In this document: positions 1-12,764 of the stretch, one piece after another
Position numbering within the stretch: position 1 is the stretch's first letter
Layout of the letters: every line of letters starts with the position of its first letter
DNA from: Eledone cirrhosa
Taxonomy: Eukaryota
Reading direction: 5' to 3'
Assembly (NCBI GenBank): GCA_964016885.1
Contig: OZ024742.1
Span: forward strand, 103,044,001-103,108,000
DNA: 64,000 bases
The notes under the pieces: generated by a model
What the model was told of the DNA's origin: nothing
The model's database searches: none
The model's input: only the letters and a program-made list of their open reading frames with translations
Position numbers and translations under genes: made by a program

Positions 1-479
1 CTAGGATTGGAATCCCTTATGGAAATATCTTTGTTAGTTAAGGAAATGGCTAATCAAAACGTTCTTGCTGGCATCCTTGATACTATTGATTCACAGAAGT
101 GCATAAGGCACATAACACTGCATTAATGTAAACAAAGGTCAAGCAAGCCATATAACATTGAATAAATACAAGTTGAGTACATAATTAGTTGACATTTTGC
201 ATAGGGATACCTCTTTGTAAGTATAATGTAACGGGCTTTATCTGCACACAAATATGTTGAAAAAGTTACTGTAATATAAAAGATATGGATGTTTTACCCG
301 AGATATTTAAAAAAAATTCCACGGCTACTTTTAAGAAGCTCAACATAAAGGGATACAACATTCCTGGTCAAAGTGAAGATTGCAGACAACTTTAAAGAAA
401 CGTATTCAAATAGTGAATTCCTGAGATTTAGATTTATTTTAGATAATAAAATTGGGAAGACGGAAACTGTTTTGAAGGC

Positions 480-835
480 TGTTTCAAGCTGAATCTCCCT
501 GGGAACTATGTTAAGGGTGTACGCTTCTGTGGAATGCATGGTCACTTCCATGTTAATTTCATGAGTAGTGTTTCCTTGTTCGAACAATTAGAACGCTCAT
601 TGAAACCCTTCGGTCTCAATTCTGTGTTAATAAAACCGAGAACGGCTGCTATTACGCATTACCTATGTGAATATTTGCTCCTTAATTCTGTTTATTTATA
701 CAAATAAACTTAATGTTGTTACAATATGCTTCACAATCATGATTCTGGGTTCATTCCCACAGTACATCTTGGCCAAGTATCTTCTACTTTAGTCTCTGGT
801 CAACAATGTCTTGTGTGTGAAATATGCCTATCGGA
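480..835. mobile_element. Two fragments of tRNA-SINE family B in opposite orientations
   Basis: 480-620 (-) and 715-835 (+) resemble parts of the 3121-3420 and 4540-4830 copies. Confidence 0.5.
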
Positions 836-964
836 TGCGCTGTACCTGTTTTGTTGGACATTACTCTTAATCCATTACCTGGTTCAACACGTTTAGTAAA
901 GTCCCCTCTGTTGGCTTTTAGACCGAGATTGATGCAGGAGGAAACCACACCACATTAAAGAATA

Positions 965-1160
965 TTTTGGGGGCTTCTTGGAGTCTTGGACATTTTAGAA
1001 CCTTCCCTGCCAATTTCAAAAGAAAAGAGATATAGAGGAAGAATCAACCTCAAAAAGACAAAGTTAACCGGAGCAGGATTTGAATTGAGTACAAAGAGCC
1101 GGAGCGAATACTGCAAAGCATTCTATCTGATGTTATAATGACGCTGCCAATTTGCTACCT
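965..1160 (-). mobile_element. SINE family A fragment with alternative tail
   Basis: Reverse-strand GCAGGATTTGAA box B and AAAGTTAAC core; the tail resembles 31485-31605. Confidence 0.55.
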
Positions 1161-1239
1161 TACACTTTCTATTGATAAAGCCATTAAAAAAAATTTAACA
1201 GCTGCCAGAAGATTTTGAGTAATGGCCAGAATTAAAACA

Positions 1240-1430
1240 TTGGTTATATCATTGTGGTATTTGTTCTGGCTCTTCACTTTCTGAGTTCAAATCCTGTCGA
1301 TGTCCACTTTGCTGCTTTTCATCCTTATGGGGTCGATAAAATAAAGTACCAGTAACACACTGAGGTTGATTTAATCGACTTTCCCTGCCCTCAAAATGGT
1401 TGGCCTGTGTCTAAATCAGAAACTATTATT
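1240..1430 (+). mobile_element. tRNA-derived SINE family A
   Basis: Box B GAGTTCAAATCC, core TTTCATCCTTATGGGGTCGATAAAATAAAGTACCAG, tail TGGCCTGTGTCTAAATCAGAAAC. Confidence 0.85.
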
Positions 1431-1459
1431 CTGTAGCAGCATTATAGAGAAACAATTTA

Positions 1460-1650
1460 TACGAGGGTCGGCTGAAAAGTTCATAGGCTGACCAAGATAC
1501 TCATGGAATGATCAAATGAGGTTTATTTTTCAACATAGTCCTTGAAAAGAAACTACAATTATTAATAAGAGTTCAATTTAATGCATGCAAGATTCACAGC
1601 TCTAGCATCACTCCATAGTCAGACTATGAATTTTTCAGCTGACCCTCGTA
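1460..1650. mobile_element. Tc1/mariner-type MITE
   Basis: TA-CGAGGGTCGGCTGAAAAGTTCATAG ... CTATGAATTTTTCAGCTGACCCTCG-TA, i.e. TIRs with TA TSD. A solo TIR is at about 32445-32500. Confidence 0.85.
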
Positions 1651-1721
1651 TATCAACTTTCTGTTAGAAGTAAAATGGAGCAGAGGTTATTCAAATTATT
1701 TTCCTAAAATACAGCACAATG

Positions 1722-2000
1722 CAGTGATTTTTGCAGAGTCGTTAGAGCGTCGGATTAAAGATACCTCAGTATTTATTCCAACTCACTGCGCTCTGAGGTC
1801 AATTTTACCTTTCATCCTTTCAAAGTCGGTAAATAAAGTGCCAGTCAATTCTTCCTTTATCGCATTCTCTCTCTCTCGCCCCGAAAGAAATCAACTGTAT
1901 TCCAGCCTAATGAGTGATGTGCTTCAAGTTAAAATGCCCAAGAAACACTGTATCAGGACGGCTCCTTTTCAATTCTACCAGGAGTTGACAGCTCCTTACT
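1722..2000 (+). mobile_element. SINE family A with alternative 3' tail
   Basis: Head and core at 1722-1850, then tail GAAATCAACTGTA...AAAATGCCCAAGAAAC...CAGGAGTT. Confidence 0.7.
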
Positions 2001-2744
2001 TTACTACAGCACAACATCATTACTATATGTCAACTTCTCCAAATGTGATGAACTGTCTATTCACCAGCTGATGGGGAAGTCTCTACGTATTCATTCAACC
2101 TATTAGAAATAGCAGCAAAATTCTCCTTCACCCTGCTATCTTAGAAATGGGTAATGTGTTCCTGGGCTCCCACGTCTTAGGGAAAAAAATGGGTCAGTTA
2201 CGACTGGAATGCCTTCCATCATAAGTCAACTCGATCAGGGTTGTTTTCATGTTAAGCTACAGTACCCATTTATGAATAGGTGGTTCCAACTATTGAATAT
2301 TATTTTTTGTCAGGTACACAATGCTATGTTAATAGTTTGATGTATGTAACTTCGCTCTAATTAACTCTTCCAACTTCGTTATTATCGTATAATAATGGCA
2401 GTGGCTACAGTAATGAAAGCATTACGTCACCCTCAATTACAAACAATGATGTTGAAGTAAACAACAAATGGTTATCTGTTACAAGCAAAACAAAGCATGG
2501 CGTATTGTTATAAATACGCTTTGTTATTTTATTCAAAATATGTTTGTTTATTTTTGTTGGGTGGGTAGTCAGGTCAGGTGTAAGATGTTTGTGAAGTGAA
2601 CTATTGACCTTTAGGTGAGGGTAAAGTCTAGAAATTATGCTGTGTCAAATATTGTTTCCATTTTTCTATAACCAAATACAACCAAAGTCCAGAGTGAATG
2701 CCTCTATTACAGCATAATTGAGGAAACTGAAACATTTATTCATA

Positions 2745-3062
2745 TTTCAATCCAGTCCAGGGCCTTCTCACTCCTGTTAAGAGGAATCCCTCTCGGGTTG
2801 ACCTTCACCGCTTTCTGCTTGACTTTGGCCATATCTTCAGTGGTGTAGCCGTACACACCACGTCTGGCCAGTTGTGAGTTGGTGAGGCTATTTAATCCAT
2901 AGTTGGGGTTGTTTCTGAGGAGTTCATCCGCTCTTTTAATAGCTCTTGTTCTTTGTGCTACTGGGATTCCACTTACCCTCCCCAGGTTTAGTTGCCGACC
3001 ACTCGACCATGAAGTTGTACTGGGTTATATGGTACCAGTAGCAGGCAGAAGCCTGACCTGAC
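2745..3062 (-). mobile_element. 5'UTR-like segment of an RTE-related retroelement
   Basis: Shares TACTGG..CCAGTACAAC..CATGGTCG..GGC(A/G)ACTAAACC with the 5' end of the element at 7430-7512. Confidence 0.55.
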
Positions 3063-3120
3063 CTATTCGTATTAGGTGGTCTAAAATCAGTGAAAAGCCC
3101 TTCAATAGTGTTGAAGAGTA

Positions 3121-3420
3121 GAAGCAGCATGGCTGTGTGGTTAAGAGGTTCGTTTCGCAATCATTAGGTCTCGGATTCGATTTCACTGCATGACACCTTG
3201 TCAAGTGTCATTTATTATAACGTCAGGTCGACCAATGTCTTGTGCAAGAAGCTGGATACACGGGAACTGTTTGAAAACCCGTCGGATGAACTGTACCTGA
3301 ATCTCACTAATAATTACGTTAAGAGTACACGTCTGTGGAATGCTTAGCCCTCTTATGCGTTAATTTCATCAGCAAACTGGAACATCAATCAACGAAACCA
3401 ACGAGGTCTATTGATCGTTG
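3121..3420 (+). mobile_element. tRNA-derived SINE family B
   Basis: Box A TGGCTGTGTGG and box B-like GGATTCGATTTC; the body is shared with other copies in the window. Confidence 0.7.
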
Positions 3421-3957
3421 TTAAAGAGAGAAGCAAACAAACTAATAACATATAGATAGTACATATATATTGCTAGAAGAAACCAACTTGGGTGTTATTA
3501 TTTAGCGGTGTTTCCGATTCTTTAAACCCATTTCGTTTTGGTGTACACAACCAGCCACCACTTCTTCATTACTCTTTTACTCTTTTACCTGTTTCAGCCA
3601 TCCGGCTGAGGCCATGCTGGGGCACCGCCATTGTTGACATTTTGAAAGTTTTATTTCTAAATTATAGGTTTTAAACGTGATTATTTTCAAAAGTAATTCT
3701 TTGTTTGTTTATTTTCCTCTTCTCACTCGTCTCCATTTCAGAGTATATAACCGACCATAGTGGTTCATGTATCCCCCATTGTAACTTGTTTTTCTCATTA
3801 TAAAATATTTTTTAATGGTCTTCAATTACTTTGATTTTTTAACAAGAGATTTATAATCGGCAACATACTTTCTTTTCCTTTATTTTCAAAATATTTTTCA
3901 AGCAAAATACCTGGTCGAAAGAATGATTCTGTCAATCCAACGTCCTACCCGAGTCAA

Positions 3958-4372
3958 ATATTGATTTCTAGTATAGGCACAAGGCCAGTAATTTTGGGTG
4001 AAGGTGGGGGGAGTCGATTAAATCGACCCCTGTACGTTACTGATACTTTATTTTATCGGCCCCGTAAGGATGAAAGACAAAGTTAACCTCGGCGTAACTC
4101 TATGCTGCAAAGCATGGTGTCCAACTGTACCGATACTGCCAATCCACCGCCCTACCCGAGTCAAATAATGATTCCTACTCTAGGCACAAGGCCAGCAATT
4201 TGTGGGGTGGGAAAAGGCGGTTATATCGGTTGATACGTTATTTCATCGACCCCGGCGAGATGAAAGGCAGAGTTGAATATAGTGGAATTTGAACTCAGAA
4301 CGTATAGAGCCAGACGAAATGACGCTAAACATTGCGTTCCGACTGTCTAAAGATTCTGCCCTTCCACCATCC
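3958..4372 (-). mobile_element. Two tandem SINE family A copies
   Basis: Two reverse-strand copies of GGCACAAGGCCAG..TTTATCG(G/A)CCCCG..GATGAAAG. Confidence 0.85.
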
Positions 4373-4539
4373 CTGAGCCAAATAAGGAAATCAATATACA
4401 GCTAATAATGAAAGTATTAGTTTGGTATTCGTTTACTTTTCATAATGAAAGTATTGTGTCTAGTGAAATATTTAGTATTATACGTTTTCATTTTCTTTAT
4501 AATCTGATGGCGACCGAGGTAATATGAGGTTGGACCTCG

Positions 4540-4830
4540 GTCGTTTTCGACGACCAGTACTCCAGTTGATGTAATCAACGGAACTGCCTGCTCCTGAAAT
4601 TAACGTGTAAGTGGCTGAGCATTACACAGACACGTGCATACTTAACATAGTTTTTAGCGAGATTCAACGTGACACAATGTGTGACAAGGCCCGTTCCTTG
4701 AATTGCTGGTACAAACCTTTTTTGCCAACTGAGAGGACTGAAGCAACGTGAAATAAAGTGTCTTGCTCGAGGACACAACGAGTCGCCCGGTCGAACTCGT
4801 AAACCCATCACCCTAACCATTGTGACACAA
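4540..4830 (-). mobile_element. SINE family B-like copy
   Basis: GTGAAATAAAGTGTCTTGCTC..GGACACAAC..GTCGAACTC is also seen at 52130-52225 (-) and 56500-56600 (+). Confidence 0.65.
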
Positions 4831-4834
4831 GCCT

Positions 4835-4960
4835 TCATAAAAATCGGTATGACAGCAGCCCGTTTGAGGAAGGAGCCCCCGCAAGGTGGGACGGCTATTA
4901 CAGTGGGCATCGCTGACCGGTCCGCGGCAATGCCTTTACTATTTTATCCGCGGGGCGCAG
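4835..4960 (+). pseudogene. CRE-clade non-LTR retrotransposon 3' fragment (RLE domain C-terminus)
   Basis: Frameshifted translation KIGMTAARLRKEP..VGRLLQWASLT..VRGNAFTILSA, matching the QRxSxAIxRGNA motif. Confidence 0.7.
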
Positions 4961-5235
4961 CTGAAACACCACTTTGACTTCGATGTAGAGTCTGTCACCC
5001 ATTCCTCGTTCCTTCTTTCATTGCTTAATAATCCTTGCTCTTTCCCTCCTTTTCCTCTTATTCATAGTCTTTTGCAACGCCACTTTCGTTTTCATGTTTA
5101 ACTAAATATTAACCTAGACAATAAAACACTCTTATGTTCTCTTTTTCTTTGAAAAATGACGAGTTTCTAGATGTTTTTCTTTTTTCTTCTTTTCAAATAA
5201 AAAACCGTATCTGACGTTCTACTGGCAACTATTTC

Positions 5236-5390
5236 GTGACATGTCCTGCCGCTTCTTCTTCGCACCAGTTGCCGTCGAGCTCCTCCGCAAGATCTGAATG
5301 TCTGCGGCCCGTCTGAGGAAGGAACCCAGCGAGGTGGGGTGGCTGTTGCAGCGGGTGTCGCTGGCTATTGTCCGCAGGGCGAAGCCCCAT
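5236..5390 (+). pseudogene. CRE-clade retrotransposon 3' fragment
   Basis: FFFAPVAVE..LRKI*MSAARLRKEPSEVGWLLQRVSLAIVR. A short inverted copy lies at about 5611-5649. Confidence 0.75.
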
Positions 5391-5894
5391 TACCGCCGCA
5401 CCCTAGGCCCAGAGCTCAATCCCTCTCTCCTCCCCATTCTTCTGTGACACTAGCGCCCTTGTCATTCCTTCTCTTTTCGTTTTGTTTTCTTTTTTCTTTA
5501 TATTTTCCTATTTTACATTCCATTCTTTCTTCTCAATCACAATTTTCTGTTTTTCTTTTTCTATTAAACTGTATTTACATGATATATTCGACAGGTAACA
5601 ATAAGTTACATTGCGGAGAACAGCCAGCGACACCCGCTACATCTGCCACATTTGTATATTGTATTCCTAATAAATGTGAATCATCTACTTCGACTACAAC
5701 GACGATGGTGAGTTTATTTAGTTTTATATACTTATATTTTATCTTATTTATCTATTTGTTTTTCTATGAGGTCGAGGTTCTCTAGTTCACGTGACCTTGA
5801 GTTTTGTCAAAGATTGAAACAGATTCCTTTGTGTGGGAATGGTAAGTTATATAGACTGGTACACTGACGTATTGTATTGCCATGGTGTATGTCT

Positions 5895-6502
5895 ATTGCT
5901 GTTGATGTTGTTGTTGATGATGATGATGATGGTTGTTTGTTTTTGATGTTGTTGTTTCTGTTGTTGATGATGGTTGTTTGTTGTTGCTGTTATTGTTGCT
6001 GTTGGTGTTGATGGTTATTGTTAATGTTGTTGATGGTTGTTGTTGTTGTTGTTGTTGTTGTTGCTATTGTTGTTGGCTGTTTGTTGTTGTTGTTGTTGAT
6101 GGCAGTTTGTTGTTGTTGATGCTGTTGTCGATGGGTGTTTGTTATTGTTGTTGATGCTGTTGTCGATGGGTGTTTGATGGCGGTTAGTTGTTGCTGTTGT
6201 TGTTGTTGATGTCGACAAGTTGTTGTGGTTGTTGTTGTTGCTGATGTTGATGATGGCGACTAGATGTTAATGATAATACTGGCTGTTGCTTTGTTGATCA
6301 TGATACTGTTGACGAATGCTGGTTGTTGTTGTTGTTGTTGTTGTTGCAAGATGATGGCGATAATGATGTGAAACACGTCTTCTTTATCTTTTGAATAGTT
6401 CTCCTCTTCCTTCTCCCCAACTCCCACCTTATTACTTACATACATACTTATACTTTATAAACTCTTTTGTTTCTTCTTTTTTCCACGGTGACTACTTCCA
6501 TT

Positions 6503-6533
<31 letters not shown>

Positions 6534-6640
6534 GTCAACATCATCGTCGTCGTCGTCGTAGTTGCCACCACAACAACCATCACCATCACCCACCCACTGT
6601 CATCACTACTACCACCATTGAGACTACCGTATATACCAAC
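5895..6640. repeat. (GTT/GAT)n and (CAC/CAT/CGT)n trinucleotide low-complexity region
   Basis: Seen directly in the sequence. Confidence 0.9.
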
Positions 6641-6827
6641 CCTACTTCCACTTCGCCTCAATAAACAGACGACCTTCTACTTTATCAACAAACCCCCCAC
6701 TGCGGCAGCACTCACACCCAGTGTTACGAAACAACCACAATGAACTTTACATATAGTACACTTGAATCTTGCAATATATCTAGCCTCCATCTCTCTCTCT
6801 CTGCAATTGTATACACTACTGTATTAT

Positions 6828-7512
6828 ACATACATACATACATACATACATACATACATACATACATACATACATACATACATACATACATACATACATA
6901 CATGATGGCTGCCCCCTCGTTATCGAGTATGGCCATTACACGATATACCATTATTAATTAATTATATCGTGCAATGCCTGTGCGTGAAGATATTTTTTAA
7001 AGTGAGGAAAGACTGTGCACTGAGCCAATCCCACTCTCTGAGCGACAGTAGCTATAACCCGAAAAGAAGAAAAGATCAACATCATCGGTAACTACTGAGC
7101 CGCAGGTTTTATATCGGAGTTATCCCAGTTTCCTTTGTTGCCTTCTCCTAGAAGAATGCCCTGACAAAGGCTAGGGCTCCTTCACTCCCAGTGGTTTAAC
7201 CGCGCGATCGGGTGTACAGCCCGACTATTTTTATGTCCCTGCGCATATACATACACATGCACCCATGTATATACACGCATACATACATATGTACATATGT
7301 ATATACATATTTACACACTTTTGGATGGCCGTTGACTCTTATGAGTTCTTCCGCCCTTTGTCAAGTTTTGTATTTTGTCCTGCGGGGTGTCCAAAATCAC
7401 ACTCCTCACCAAGTAAACTTGGTGGGGTTGCCGGTTTAGTCGCCGACGACCCGACCATGCGACAGGTTGTACTGGGTTACATATTACCAGTAGTTACTCA
7501 AGAGTGACCCGA
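6828..7512 (-). mobile_element. Divergent copy of the (TATG)n-tailed RTE-derived bipartite retroposon
   Basis: Reverse-strand homology to 22521-23080 (CTAGGAGAAGG motif, GGCAACCCCACCAAG hairpin, 3' GGCAGCCA end) plus a (TATG)n tail. Confidence 0.75.
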
Positions 7513-7756
7513 CATACATACATACATACATACATACATACATACATACATACATACATACATACATACATACATGGTGGCTGCCAACTCGTTTTCGAGT
7601 ACGGCCACTACTTTATATCCATGACTTTTTAGTCCAGCCAGCGACTTGAAAACTCTGGTACAAACACTACACTTGTGACAATTATTGACACATAGTGTAC
7701 ATGGCACCATTTGACATACATACATACATACATACATACATACATACATACATACA

Positions 7757-7790
<34 letters not shown>
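7513..7790 (-). mobile_element. Internally deleted 3' fragment of the same retroposon inside (TATG)n
   Basis: 7575-7712 matches 22910-23080 and encodes CHKCSVCTRVFKSLAGLKSH. Confidence 0.85.
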
Positions 7791-8129
7791 GAGAGAGATA
7801 TATCGTATATGTCTTCATAGGCGGCGAATTGGCTGAGTCGTTAGAACATTCGGATAGAATGCTTTACGATATTCGTCCGGCTCTCTGCGCTTTCTGAGTT
7901 CTAATATCGTCATGGTCAAATTTAACTTTCGTTAAAACAATCCCTAAACTAAGGTGTTCTCAGAGTTACTGAGACGGCTTTGATATTATTACAGCTTAAA
8001 ACAGTCATAGCAAGAGTTATATATGTTCATTATACATAAACATATCGTATATGTTTTATTTACACCTCTATTATGAATCATTACTATCTTCTTCAGTCCT
8101 GGAAAGTCCGTTGTTGGATAAAGGTCTTC

Positions 8130-9062
8130 CCCGAACTGCATCATTTTTGCCGCTCCTGAGCCATTCGTGGCCAAAATCTTTCAATTTTCTCGAGGTCGTC
8201 TCGCCACTTGGTCTTCTGGCGGCCTCAGTTTCTGTGTGACCTCGTCAGGTCCAGAAGGTGACGCGGATGGTCCATCTGTTGTCAGTCATTCTGGAAATAT
8301 GTCCAATTTTGCTTTACTAATGATTATTTAGGATATCGCGAACTTGTTTTTTCAAGGATCCCTTCGGCGGTTTTTCGATCTCACCATGTTATGTTTAGCA
8401 TGATCCTTCGTGGGCTCTTTGCATTTTTAGTAGCCTTAGATTTTGATTTTTTCTTAGGTTCCAGTTTTTTTTATCCGTAGGTGACACTGGTCTTAAACTT
8501 GACGTTTCAAGACGATTGGCATGTCTTTATTCTGGAAGATGGCTCTCGCTCTTCCAAAGGCCTCCCACCCCAGTGAATGCGGTGCTTGATTTCTTGTTCT
8601 TTGGACGCTGAGTTATTGGAATGAGCTGACCGAGGTAGATGTAGTGGTCGACCTTCTCCATCTCATTGTTATTGATTGTGGTGACCAGGTCTGCATCCTC
8701 AACGCGATTTAGGTTTTTTTGAGGTTCATGCTAGGTTTGAGGTTCAAGCTAGGTTTGTTCAGTTCGCTCAGCATTTGTAGTTCTCCTCTGTTGCTGGCGA
8801 AGATAATGATACCATTAGTGAACCTAAGGTGATTTAGACATTCGCCGTCGATCTTGATGCCCTTCTCTTCCCATCTGAGTTTTCGAAAGACCCCTTCCAG
8901 GACTGCTGTGAAGAGCTTTGGAAAACTGATGTCCCCCTGTCGTACTCCTCTTCGAAGTCGAAAATGCTTTGAATTTTCAGTATATTCGGATATATGATCT
9001 TGCATTTTTGTAGATGTGTCGGAGAACGTTGACGGGCTCAACACCCTGTTCTTGAAGCGTCC
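8130..9062 (-). pseudogene. RTE-clade LINE reverse transcriptase fragment
   Basis: RRGVRQGDISFPKLFTAVLE..GIKIDGECLNHLRFTNGIII (degenerate GVRQG and LRFADD motifs). Downstream sequence is decayed. Confidence 0.9.
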
Positions 9063-9112
9063 CAATGTATAAAGTAGAATTCCGTTTTCCTTTAAATGTT
9101 TTGCTATCTATA

Positions 9113-11185
9113 TCTATCTATATATATATAAAACGGAAGATGTCTGTCTGTGTGTGTGTGTATGATTTTTATGCATTTCCACATTTCTCTACCGATTTTG
9201 ATGATTTTTTTCCCAATGTGCTCCAAATTTACCAAGAATGGTCAAAGCGTAATAAATTTTGCCAAAAGTTTCCTGCTTCTATGAAAAAAAATCGATAAAA
9301 CTAAATACATGCTGTAACCCTCTCTCTTACACGCTTAATTCCTCTCACTACTACCCTAAAAAAAGCTATGAAACTACATACATGTTGTAACTCTCTCTCT
9401 ATATATATATATATATCACACACACACACATATACATATACATCTAAAGAGAGAAAGGGAGATGTAGAGAGAGAGAGTGAGATAGGTCGTTATACAGAGA
9501 GAGGTACAAGATAATCAGATAGATAGAGAGAAAGAGAGAGAGAATGGCGACGAACGCTGGTTCACACACACACACACACACAAAAACGTATATATATAAA
9601 GACATACAGAGAGAGATAGAGAGAAAGAGAGATCTGCGCGTTCTTTATTGTTCTCCATTCTGTAGAGGAAGAGATAGAGGGGAGGTATGAGTGAGGGAGA
9701 GAAAGGGTATGAGAAAAAAGGGAGAGGGGTTGAGAAAGAAAGAAAGTTTAAGCAAAGAATCACTGCTTTCAACATTAACGGGATCTTCTTAAACTAATAA
9801 ATTCTATCTGTGGACGCAGAATTAAATATTTTGAGAAACGTTGCAACCGAAGGAAAACAGGAAGACGATATTTTGGTTCATGAAGCCGTTCCCTGGTAAT
9901 GAACGGGAAAAAAGCGAGGATAATACGTGGTTATGTGGACCGAGAAGAACAATTTCATACAAAGACGAGACCAAGTTTATGGTATAAATGGAGTCGTTAG
10001 ACTAATATTCTATTAAAAATAACCGAATGATTTCCAGCCCCGGAGTTTAAGAATGATGTAACTAAAATTGTAAACGAAAATGACAGAGGTTATTAAAATA
10101 GTTGTTTCTACTTTTGGCACAAGGCCAGCAATTACCCAGTACATTACTGGTACTTTATTTTATCAACCCCGTAAGGATGAAAGGCAAAGTTATCCTCGAC
10201 GGGATTTTAACTTTGCCTTAAAATAGTAAAAGTAAATAGTGAAGATTTAGGCCAGTACATACGTATGCGCCGACGGACATATACATACATATACATACGC
10301 ACACACAAATACATACACACACACAAACACACAAACGCGCGCGTGTGTGTGTAAACCTTATGCATTTCTACAGTATTTTCACCAAACTGAAGACATAGTG
10401 TACCTATGTACTCCGGATGGTCATGAGCACTTTCATTTTTCCAGATATTGATTATAGGACCTCCCGGCAGATAACCCCCTTTAACCACTTCCTTGGAGTC
10501 GACTAAAGCACTGCAGTGCAATGAAACAAAACGTCATAACTTCTGGAGTTCGCAACCGATTTTCACAAAACTTGACACATGGGCTACGTTTGTTCTACAG
10601 ATGAATGTGAAAGGAACTTAACATTGTAACTTTAACACAGCTACTGAGCAACCCCGAGCAACGCCGGGCTTTACTACTATAGGCGATAAAGTTGTGCAGA
10701 CAGACAGTCGGGCTGATAGACGATGGAGGCATGCAGACAGACAGTCGTGCAGAGAGGTGATATGCGCGATAAAGTTGTGCAGACAGATAGTCCTGCAGAG
10801 AGGTGATAGGCGATGAATTTGCATTTTTTTTGTTTTTGTTTTTCATGTCCATCCAATTTCTTTGTTTCAAAATAACTGATAGTTTGGTTACGCTGATGTT
10901 TTTTTCTGAGACAAGTGTTGCAGTGTTTACATTTTCGATTCTTGTTAATAGATTACCAGTGCAGTTTTTATCTCCAGCATCCTCTTTTGTTTTAACATTC
11001 GAGTTATGGTTATGTTTTCTTAACTTCATAAGGCATACTGTTGTTTGAGGTAATATTAATCAAAAGTACCACATGAAAGTCTACACTGTAGACTCTACAG
11101 TTTTTAAGCCAAGAAAGGAACTTAACATTGTAACTCTAACACAGCTACTGAGCAGCCCCGAGCAACGCCGAGCTTTACTGCTAGT
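9113..11185 (+). mobile_element. Non-autonomous Helitron/Helentron-like element with nested insertions
   Basis: 5' TCTATATATATAAAA..TGTCTGTCTG..CCGATTTTGATG; 3' hairpin CCCGAGCAACGCCG(G/A)G followed by CTAGT at 11181-11185. The 3' end is duplicated at about 10612-10680. Confidence 0.65.
10093..10207 (-). mobile_element. SINE family A 3' half
   Basis: Core and GGCACAAGGCCAG tail on the reverse strand. Confidence 0.85.
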
Positions 11186-11340
11186 ATTATATATTACTAT
11201 ACGTAAATATAATTTTTGTAAATGAAGCTTTGAAAATTTGGGCTTTAGCCCTTATATTAATAGAGCTATTTATGGCGTAATATGATTGAAATAATATAAT
11301 TTGATCTCTATTTATGATGTATATATATATATATATATAT

Positions 11341-11570
11341 AATAGAATAATCGAGTATCGGAAAATCAGCTCACGAATTTGCGATAAACAAAATCCGACA
11401 TGAGTGGCAGAGGGCTCAATAATTCAGATAAATCAGAGCTATAACTATAGTTAAGATACCAACACACAAAGATTATGCCTAAAATCACCCGTGCAGCCGA
11501 AAAATAACGACCAGGAAGATTCGGGACACTCAGATAAAATATCAATAAATCAATAAATCATATGAATGTA
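11341..11570 (-). mobile_element. (TA)n-abutting element; second copy at 55877-56105
   Basis: Two near-identical copies, each starting directly at (TA)n and carrying the TTGAGCCCTCT terminal motif on the - strand. Confidence 0.75.
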
Positions 11571-11945
11571 ATACAGCGTCACGCGCAATCGAATATGCCT
11601 TGGTAGTATGTACTATGCTAAGGGGCTTAGGTGTCCGTGCACACGCGAGAAGACGTTAACACTCTCCCACTTTCCCACTCTTGACCTAAGGGAACATCCA
11701 AGATGCGACAGCCAGCCAGGGGCATTTAGGTGGTACTTTCTTTATCAATCTCGGAAGAATGAAAGGCAAAGGGGACCTTAGCGGGATTTGAACTCAGAAT
11801 ACAGAGACCTGGAACAAATAATCAACGCCCTTTATGTGTATATGTGTGTGTGCATGTTTTACGTTTTTGGTTTGTTTTAGCAACCAAGGCCATGCTGGAG
11901 CTCAGCTTTGAAAAAAGATGTGAAAATATGTATCCCCCTCTTCTC

Positions 11946-12040
<95 letters not shown>

Positions 12041-12403
12041 GTATTCGATCCCGACGGCAGGAGCTCAGCCGTTGGGGTCCACTCTATTACCCCAAGTATT
12101 TAGTACTCTGGTTTTTACTACATCCACTCTTCTCTCTCTCCCCCCCCCTCTCTCTCTCTTTATATATATCAAAGGTATACATTGAGTTAGAAACTATTTT
12201 GAGTTTCTAACTCAATATATACCTTTGATATATTCGGCTCCGTTAATTTGTTGAGCTAATTCAAATGTCGAGTAAACCTGGCTGCTATTTTTAGTGGCGT
12301 GAGTTTGTGAGACACGCTAAGTTCAGATACCATGTGCGTTATTGTATATACGCACACTATTCAGTTTTTTAATATACTTAGAAGTGTCCCGGATACTAAT
12401 TCT

Positions 12404-12482
12404 TCACCCACTGATGAGCAAGAATCGGTATTCCTCTTCACAATTAATTTTGCGAAACAGCTGACCAAAGCTGTCTGGGCGA
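12404..12482 (+). ncRNA. Type I hammerhead ribozyme with full stem III
   Basis: TCACCCA-CTGATGA-GCAAGA..TTTTGC-GAAA-CAGCT-gaccaa-AGCTG-TC-TGGGCGA; GUC cleavage triplet. Confidence 0.85.
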
Positions 12483-12643
12483 TTGGTAGTTACCACAATT
12501 CGGGTTTGTATTTATTTTCTTGATTTATTCTTAAATTGAGTCTGGCAAACCCTATTGTCTATAATTAGTATTCTTTTCACCTTAGCGAATCTGGTCCCTT
12601 ACGATTTGAACACATATGTATATATCTGTGTTCGTTTTACTTT

Positions 12644-12722
<79 letters not shown>

Positions 12723-12764
12723 CTGTTTGGCTATCTATCTATAGACAGCTGTCTGTCTATCTAA

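Noticed and set aside
2970-3085. Possible minus-strand exon (TTTTAG acceptor, GTAAGT donor)
   Set aside because: It lies in a repeat shared with 7425-7512 and the peptide is unrecognisable.
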